From contig JACPHD010000001.1 of NCBI GenBank assembly GCA_016188785.1, positions 26,300 through 90,299 of the forward strand: 64,000 nucleotides of DNA, given 5' to 3'. Each line of letters begins with the position of its first letter. Within the stretch, counting starts at the first letter, position 1. The notes under the pieces were generated by a model that had not been told where the DNA came from, ran no database searches, and worked only from the letters and a program-made list of their open reading frames with translations. Made by a program: the position numbers and the translations under genes. This stretch comes from Parcubacteria group bacterium (lineage in GTDB: Bacteria > Patescibacteriota > Patescibacteriia > Patescibacteriales > GWC2-42-12). Shown here in pieces: positions 58,020 to 64,000 of the stretch.

Positions 58020-58028
58020 ATTTTACGC

Positions 58029-58445
58029 TTATTTAAGAGTAACTTTGGCGCCAACCTCTTCCAGCCTCTTTTTCATGGCTTCAGCGTCTTCTTTCTTAAC
58101 GGCCTCTTTTAAAATTTTAGGAGCGGCATCAACTAAGTCTTTAGCGTCCTTTAAGCCCATTTCGGTTAATTCACGGACCGCTTTAATAACCGCGATCTTG
58201 TTGGAGCCAGCTTCGGTTATTTCAACGTTAAAGCTGGTCTTCTCTTCCGCCTCGGCCGGAGCGGCGGCCCCGCTTGGCGGGGCCATCATCATGGCTGGAG
58301 CCGCGGCGGAAACGTCGAATTTCTTTTCTAAAATTTTAACCAACTCGGCTAAATCTAAAACCGACATTTTCTCAATAATTTCCACCAACGTTTTAAACTT
58401 TTCCGGCACTTCAATTTTTTCCTCCTGATTTATTTCTTCTGGCAT
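58029..58445 (-). CDS. rplL: 50S ribosomal protein L7/L12
   Basis: [36 protein letters not shown]. Confidence 0.97.
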   Translation of the reverse strand: MPEEINQEEKIEVPEKFKTLVEIIEKMSVLDLAELVKILEKKFDVSAAAPAMMMAPPSGAAAPAEAEEKTSFNVEITEAGSNKIAVIKAVRELTEMGLKDAKDLVDAAPKILKEAVKKEDAEAMKKRLEEVGAKVTLK

Positions 58446-58456
58446 ATGTTTTTTAA

Positions 58457-58590
58457 ATTTCTAATTTTCAATTTTTAATTTCTAAACAATTTTTTAGTTC
58501 TCCAATTCTCAATGATTTTTTTAATTTGAAAATTTCATCATTGAAAATTGTTTGAAAATTGAGAATTGAGAATTGAAAATTGAAAATTTT
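58457..58590. repeat. Inverted pair of 7-bp tandem arrays between rplJ and rplL
   Basis: aatttct/aattttc/aattctc units vs ttgaaaa/ttgagaa units. Confidence 0.7.
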
Positions 58591-58615
58591 AATTATTATT
58601 TAATTATATAAATTA

Positions 58616-59143
58616 TTATCTATCGCTAACGGCCTTTAAAACTTGAATTAAATTCCTAATATTACCGGCCAAAGCATTAACCAAACCGGAAACCGGGGCG
58701 TTAATGGCGCCGACGACTTTACTGTATAGCTCCTGCTTGCTCGGTAAAATCGCCAGATTAGCGACTTGGTCCATATCGATATATCTGTTTTCTAAAACGC
58801 CGCCGATAAATTCAATTTTTCCCTCCTTATCCTTATCTTTTTTAAACTGGCCGACTATCTTGGCCGGAGAAACTTCATCGCTATAACCGAAAATCGCGGC
58901 TACTTGCCCGGTAAATTTTTTTACATCCAAACCGGTAATTGCCTTGTCTTTTAAGGCCAGGCTGAATAAAGTCTTTTTAGCCACATAATATTCATTATTT
59001 TCTTGGCGCAATCTTAACCTTAAATCTTCATTTTCTTTTACTGTCAAACCGCTATATTTAGTAAAAATAATTGACTTGGCTTTGGTTATTTTATCGTTTA
59101 GCTGTTTTAAAATTGTTCTTTTCTGCTCTTTTGTTTTAGGCAT
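58616..59143 (-). CDS. rplJ: 50S ribosomal protein L10
   Basis: YSGLTV, LR, VAKKTL, LPSKQEL. Confidence 0.95.
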   Translation of the reverse strand: MPKTKEQKRTILKQLNDKITKAKSIIFTKYSGLTVKENEDLRLRLRQENNEYYVAKKTLFSLALKDKAITGLDVKKFTGQVAAIFGYSDEVSPAKIVGQFKKDKDKEGKIEFIGGVLENRYIDMDQVANLAILPSKQELYSKVVGAINAPVSGLVNALAGNIRNLIQVLKAVSDR

Positions 59144-59161
59144 AGAATAAGTTTATTAAAC

Positions 59162-59260
59162 AAAAAATCTGCTAAAACGCAGACTAAAAGATTAGCTAAA
59201 ATTAGCTTTGTCTCGGCAGGATTTATCGGGTTTAATCCCCTACCCGCTGTCTGCGACTTG
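59162..59260 (-). promoter_or_regulatory. Ribosomal protein L10 leader
   Basis: gtcgcagacagcggg...ttaa...cctgccgagac upstream of rplJ resembles the AGACAGCAGG/CCUGCCGAG L10 leader core. Confidence 0.7.
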
Positions 59261-59284
59261 GTTATTATATATAATATACTAAAC

Positions 59285-59662
59285 TTATTTAGATGGCAAG
59301 ACCCTTACCTGATTTTCCAGTTGAACAACTCTTTTCTTCAAATTTTCAATTTCATTATTCATAACTAAAATATCTTCATTCAATGCTTTGTTAATTCTGT
59401 CCATTTTCTCTTCAAGCCGTTTAATATCCTGCCTGATAGAGCGTAATTCCTGCCAAATCGGACTTAATTTTTCTTCCAGCTTAGATTCCAGTTTTTCTTC
59501 CAGCTTAGATTCCAGTTTTTCTTCCAGCTTAGATTCCAGTTTTTCTAATTTTTCGTCCAATTTCTGATCAATCATCGTCCCTACCGCCGGTAGTAAAACT
59601 TCTTCGGTGAATTTACCAAGATCTTCCAAAGTTAATGGTTTTTGCAAATTATTTTCTATCAT
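59285..59662 (-). CDS. Coiled-coil hypothetical protein with a 24-bp tandem repeat
   Basis: KLESKLEE x3 encoded by ttcttccagcttagattccagttt repeats at about 59470-59545. Confidence 0.7.
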   Translation of the reverse strand: MIENNLQKPLTLEDLGKFTEEVLLPAVGTMIDQKLDEKLEKLESKLEEKLESKLEEKLESKLEEKLSPIWQELRSIRQDIKRLEEKMDRINKALNEDILVMNNEIENLKKRVVQLENQVRVLPSK

Positions 59663-59692
59663 AATAGTAGTTTAACACAGCTAAAAATTATG

Positions 59693-60139
59693 TCAATTTT
59701 TATCAGCTTTTTTCTTTTCTCGATCATCTTTGATAATGTTAGCAATTTCTGCCATAACCTCTCTCGGCGTGCAGTCGCGCTTGAAGATATAGGCTTCGGC
59801 TCCCATTTTCTCGCTTTTATCCCGATCTTGAGGCGTGTCTAAATTAGTAAAAACCACGATGGGAATATTTTTGGTTTTAGGATTTTTCTTGACCGCCGCC
59901 AGATATTCCCAGCCCTGTTCGGCAACGGCGTTGTCCGGCTTGGGAATAATAATGTCCAGGAGCACTAAATCAGGCTGTTCTAGCTCGGTTAGCATTAGGG
60001 CTTCGTTGATGTCTTTGGTTGATAAAAAATCATAGCCATGGCTTTCTAAAAAATAATGGTAAATATTTACCAATTCTTTTTCATCCTCAACAAAAAGGAT
60101 TCGGCCTTTGTCCGACTTCATAACGTTGGTTGGTTTCAT
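59693..60139 (-). CDS. Single-domain response regulator
   Basis: ILFVEDE, VLLDIIIP, FTNLD, YIFK; likely start MKPTNV at 60139. Confidence 0.88.
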   Translation of the reverse strand: MKPTNVMKSDKGRILFVEDEKELVNIYHYFLESHGYDFLSTKDINEALMLTELEQPDLVLLDIIIPKPDNAVAEQGWEYLAAVKKNPKTKNIPIVVFTNLDTPQDRDKSEKMGAEAYIFKRDCTPREVMAEIANIIKDDREKKKADKN

Positions 60140-60149
60140 ATGGTTATAG

Positions 60150-62426
60150 TTAAACTTTTTTAAATCTGACGATCTTTTTCCGCGAGACCGGTTTTTCCTG
60201 ACTGGCGTCAGGTTGCTGATTCTTATAAATTGGCAGGGTAAAACTAAAAGTTGCGCCCTTATCCTGGCCTTGGCTAATACCGGCCAGCTCCCCCCAATTG
60301 CCCTCCACAATTTTTTTGGCGATGAAAAGGCCTAAACCTGAACCATCCGGCCGTAAATCCGTGGCGTTATTGCCGCGAGAAAATTTTTGAAATAACTTCT
60401 TTTTGTCTTCCTCGGAAATTCCGACGCCAGTGTCTTTAACATTGACTTGCAAATAATTGTCATCAAGCAGTTCATAGTATAGCGTGACTTTGCCTTGCCG
60501 AGTGTAGTAGACGGCATTGTCCAAGAGGTTGGAGACAACGTGAGCGATTTTTTTGTAGTCGCACCAAACTATCGGCATCTTGAATTTAGGTTCTAAAACC
60601 TCAATGGTTAAGTTTCTTTCCCGCGCCAATTGCATTTTTTGTTTTTCCGGAATAAGTCGGCTGACTATTTCAGTAATATCGGTTTTTTGCGGCTGCATTT
60701 TCATCCGTTCGCCTTCCAGCTCATAGGCGTCCCAGAAGTCGGCCACGGTTGAGCTGATTCTCTCCAGGCCGGCTTTAATTGACGGCATGGCTTTATCGGC
60801 CGGATATGAACCTTCCTCCATCATGGAAAAATAGCCTTTCATGACGGATAGCGGCGTATTGAGCTGGTGATTAACTGTTCGCAAAAAATCGGATTTCATT
60901 TCCAGCAGTTCTTGAAGGTATTTATTCTTTTCCTCAATTTCTCCGCTTTTTGTTCTGATGTCTTTAGTCTGTTCATCCACCTTGCCTTGCAAGGTCTTAC
61001 TGAAATCCTGAACTTGTTTATACAGCAGAGCGTTTTCTAAAGCGATGGCGGCTTGATAAGTAAAAACGTTTAAAAGCTGGATGTCGTCGATAGAAAACAC
61101 GTCACCCGATTGTTTGTCGCCTAACGCTAAAACTCCTATAAGAATATTATTTGAAATAATAGGAAGGCACACGGCGATATCAAGATTTTGCATCTCGCGC
61201 ACAATTGACTCCGCTTGCGCCATCGGCATTCTTAATTTACCACGCTCTATCTCAATCTTTAATTCTGCACTAACTAATTCCATTTTACTATCGGATAGAT
61301 ATTTAATTAAGGGTTTTTTCTTTGAAAAATAAATATCAAAAAGTATATTTAAATTAACCTGCTTAATCTCGGCTGGTAAATCTTTTCCGTTGTTCCACAA
61401 CACTATGGCAATTTTTTCCACCTTTAAGGCGTTTTTAATGGTAGCTGTGGTCGTATCCAGTAGATTCTGCAAATCCATTATCCGAGTCATTGATTCGGTC
61501 AATTCTCTAAAAATTTTTTGATAGTTATATTTTTCCTGAAAAAAATAACGGTCGGTAACACGACGAAAAAAATGGATAAGCGGCTCAAGACCTAGAGAAA
61601 TTACAACTGAACCAAGAATAATTCCCCGGAAAGTACTGCCTAAAATATTTTGGCCAAGAAAAAAAACAACAAAGATAAATATCATTCCAACCGCAACAAC
61701 TGTTAAGGTGTAAAGAATACTGCGAACAACAAAAAGGCGAATATCAAGAAGACGGTGGCGCATGATAGCGTAAGCAATTGAACTACTCCATATTATAGTA
61801 AATATCGGGCCTATCCAAATATATTGAAAATTGTGAAAAAGGGGAGAGGGTAAAATTAAATTAAATAACATTCCTAAAATACCAGCGATAGAACCACTTG
61901 ATACAATATAAAATATTTGTTTTGCCACTATTCCACTACTCGTAAAATATTTCTTCCAAAAAATTATCATCCCCCCTAAAAAAGTAAGTGTAAAAAATAA
62001 AGAAAAAATGTAATATCCAAAAGAATTTAACATCACATCGTTTCCCCAATTTTTTGCAACAATACTTTGAACTAAAAAACCAGGAATAAAAACTAAAAAT
62101 AATAGAAACAATGATACTAATAAAAGTATTATTCCCGTAAACCTATATTTCTTTTTCTTTAAAGGAAAAACCAAAGACATATAATAAAAAGAGGCGCCGA
62201 TTACAACAGCCGCCCCATAAGAACTTCTCATTAACAATTCATCAGTATTTAAACTTATAGATAGATGATAAAAACCTAACACTAATGCCCAAAGTCCAAC
62301 CGCGAAAGCAAAAATCGAAAAAAAAATATTAATCTGGCTTTTCTTGTTCCTAAAATACACAATCCAAGCAAGAAAAATATTTACTATAGCAACTATTATT
62401 AATAGAATAGCTTTGAAATTAAACAT
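60150..62426 (-). CDS. Sensor histidine kinase (HisKA_7TM-like membrane domain, GAF, HisKA, HATPase)
   Basis: Multi-TM N-terminus ending YAIMRHRLLDI, GAF (LGDKQSGDVFS), HQLNTPL, NLLDNA, DTGVG, GSGLGL. Confidence 0.92.
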   Translation of the reverse strand: MFNFKAILLIIVAIVNIFLAWIVYFRNKKSQINIFFSIFAFAVGLWALVLGFYHLSISLNTDELLMRSSYGAAVVIGASFYYMSLVFPLKKKKYRFTGIILLLVSLFLLFLVFIPGFLVQSIVAKNWGNDVMLNSFGYYIFSLFFTLTFLGGMIIFWKKYFTSSGIVAKQIFYIVSSGSIAGILGMLFNLILPSPLFHNFQYIWIGPIFTIIWSSSIAYAIMRHRLLDIRLFVVRSILYTLTVVAVGMIFIFVVFFLGQNILGSTFRGIILGSVVISLGLEPLIHFFRRVTDRYFFQEKYNYQKIFRELTESMTRIMDLQNLLDTTTATIKNALKVEKIAIVLWNNGKDLPAEIKQVNLNILFDIYFSKKKPLIKYLSDSKMELVSAELKIEIERGKLRMPMAQAESIVREMQNLDIAVCLPIISNNILIGVLALGDKQSGDVFSIDDIQLLNVFTYQAAIALENALLYKQVQDFSKTLQGKVDEQTKDIRTKSGEIEEKNKYLQELLEMKSDFLRTVNHQLNTPLSVMKGYFSMMEEGSYPADKAMPSIKAGLERISSTVADFWDAYELEGERMKMQPQKTDITEIVSRLIPEKQKMQLARERNLTIEVLEPKFKMPIVWCDYKKIAHVVSNLLDNAVYYTRQGKVTLYYELLDDNYLQVNVKDTGVGISEEDKKKLFQKFSRGNNATDLRPDGSGLGLFIAKKIVEGNWGELAGISQGQDKGATFSFTLPIYKNQQPDASQEKPVSRKKIVRFKKV

Positions 62427-62481
62427 AAAAAATAACTAATTCTATTTTTATTATAAACTATTTTACCCAAAATACAAGAGA

Positions 62482-62525
62482 AGCCCGGTGAAATGTTTTC
62501 TTAAAAAACAACATTTCACCGGGCT
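62482..62525 (-). terminator. Strong hairpin between fabH-like gene and kinase
   Basis: agcccggtgaaatgtt...aacatttcaccgggct, 16-bp arms. Confidence 0.65.
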
Positions 62526-62548
62526 GGTGGCTTCCTTATTATCGTCAT
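62516..62548 (-). CDS. Candidate 10-aa micro-ORF MTIIRKPPAR
   Basis: Strong SD AGAGGTGAT a few nt before ATG; stop lies in the 5' arm of the hairpin. Confidence 0.35.
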   Translation of the reverse strand: MTIIRKPPAR

Positions 62549-62588
62549 AAGATCACCTCTCTTCCATAAATTATATAAAGAGTAGTGA

Positions 62589-63614
62589 TTATAGACGAAC
62601 CAGAAAAGCGCCATAATGTGCACCTGCGCCAACAGCGCAGAATAGCACTAAATCATTCTCCTTAACGATACCGTTACGCCGATCCTCATTGAGAAGTACT
62701 AAGGTGCTTGCGGCCGACAAATTGCCATACTTATCTACATTAACGGCCACTCGCTCAAATGGCACCTCTAGAAAGTTGGCGAAACTTTTCAGGACCCAAT
62801 AATTAGCCTGGTGAAAATAAAATCGTTTGACTTCATCTAATTCAAACGAGTATTTTTTCATCAGACCGTTAAGGCTACGCTTCATCAAGGCGGGAAATAA
62901 TTCTTTTACCGCCTTTGCGTCAATCTCGTAAACGGGAGTATCTGCCCCGCTCTTTTTGTGATAATACATGAGCGGATGAGATCCGTCCGCTCCATAATAA
63001 GTGGCAATAATTCCCGTTTTGCCATTTAAACTTCGTTGCAGAATCATGGCCCCGGCACCATCACCAAAAACATAGGCACTCAGCCATGCTCCCGTCTTGA
63101 TATAAGAATCAAGATTATTAAATTGGCCCGACGGTTTATTACTGGCCACCACAAGGATGTTTATCTTATCATCTCCTTTAATCATATCATTGGAAATACC
63201 AATCGCTTGCATGGTACCACCACATCCACTGTCAATTTCAAACGCAAACGCATGAGAACTGAGTTCAAGTCGGCTATGAAGCTCAATTGCCGCTCTACTA
63301 AAATGACAGTATTCCTCAAGATCCTGAGTACAGGTGACATACCATAAACCATCAATTTCGTCAGGTTTCAAGTCCGCATCCTTGATGGCTTCGAGAGCAG
63401 CGAAATATGCCATATCCAGGTCGCCGATCTCGTGTTTATCAGCAGTACCAATCAGCGATTCTATCCTGCCTGCAAACCTCCTTTCTTTTATACCAAGATT
63501 CTTATAGATCCACTCGGAATTTTTCTGTTTTACAATTGAAACCATTTCTTCATTTGTATAAATCTCCTTGGGAATAAAACTACCAGTTCCTGCAATCCTG
63601 ACTCTTTTACACAT
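62589..63614 (-). CDS. 3-oxoacyl-ACP synthase III (FabH/KAS III) family protein
   Basis: GIKERR, catalytic Cys (SGCGG), FGDGAGA, HQAN, GNLSAAS, GAG; AAGGAGG RBS. Confidence 0.9.
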   Translation of the reverse strand: MCKRVRIAGTGSFIPKEIYTNEEMVSIVKQKNSEWIYKNLGIKERRFAGRIESLIGTADKHEIGDLDMAYFAALEAIKDADLKPDEIDGLWYVTCTQDLEEYCHFSRAAIELHSRLELSSHAFAFEIDSGCGGTMQAIGISNDMIKGDDKINILVVASNKPSGQFNNLDSYIKTGAWLSAYVFGDGAGAMILQRSLNGKTGIIATYYGADGSHPLMYYHKKSGADTPVYEIDAKAVKELFPALMKRSLNGLMKKYSFELDEVKRFYFHQANYWVLKSFANFLEVPFERVAVNVDKYGNLSAASTLVLLNEDRRNGIVKENDLVLFCAVGAGAHYGAFLVRL

Positions 63615-63917
63615 TGTATACCTCCTTTTATATTATATACAAACTTCCTTAGAATTGTTAGCCAGAACATTTTAACGAGCCAACCGCTACCGCCCACGGC
63701 TTTAACCAAAAGCCATCAGCCAATAACAATTTTTATCTTAATTTTAACGGCGTTGCGTTAAAACTAAATTAAAAAGCGTTATTATAACGCTTTCACCATA
63801 GCCGAAAATGTTGGTTTTGTCAAAAATTTTTAATTTTTGGCTAAAATTTTATTAGGATCTATTTTTATTTTTAAGTTTTCATGATATTATATTAACATTA
63901 AGAATAAACCCAACAAC

Positions 63918-64000
63918 ATGAAAAAAGAAAAAATTGTAATTTGTTCCAGCATGTCTTTTTTGGAGGAGATAAATCAATGGAGAGAAAAATTGGAAAAAAA
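63918..64000 (+). CDS. Hypothetical protein, 5' part only (runs off the window)
   Basis: MKKEKIVICSSMSFLEEINQWREKLEK open to the window end. Confidence 0.55.
   Translation, partial: MKKEKIVICSSMSFLEEINQWREKLEK

Noticed and set aside
1-64000. Diversity-generating retroelement or retron
   Set aside because: No reverse transcriptase motifs and no template/variable repeat pair seen.

Overview
Low-GC bacterial chromosomal segment (genetic code 11, most genes on the minus strand, most core genes without a Shine-Dalgarno motif). The gene set points to a Patescibacteria/CPR (Parcubacteria-like) genome: DUF4012, a VirB4/VirD4-like ATPase, an S8-FG-GAP protease, and mreB, dnaX, cysS, dusB and rplJ-rplL. 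The core blocks (surface glycosylation, MacAB-type exporter, housekeeping) are interrupted by three restriction-modification loci. These are an m4C MTase + MvaI/BcnI + Z1 locus, a BcgI-like pair beside lexA, and a LexA-methyltransferase fusion facing a C-protein/endonuclease operon. An accessory tract of about 8.5 kb ending at tRNA-Gln(CTG) is punctuated by three copies of a conserved ~170-240 bp element that shares a core with the tRNA 3' end. It looks like a tRNA-anchored, recombinase-driven defence cassette array (NYN, zeta-like kinase, orphan nuclease, RM). Other notable signals: promoter-hairpin-terminator leaders before two NYN RNases, a DUF3800-associated structured RNA, and a KAS III/micro-peptide/7TM histidine kinase/response regulator cluster. 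At least four families of small palindromic or heptamer elements occur, and some have inserted in frame into genes. All calls come from reading the sequence by eye; no database searches were run.
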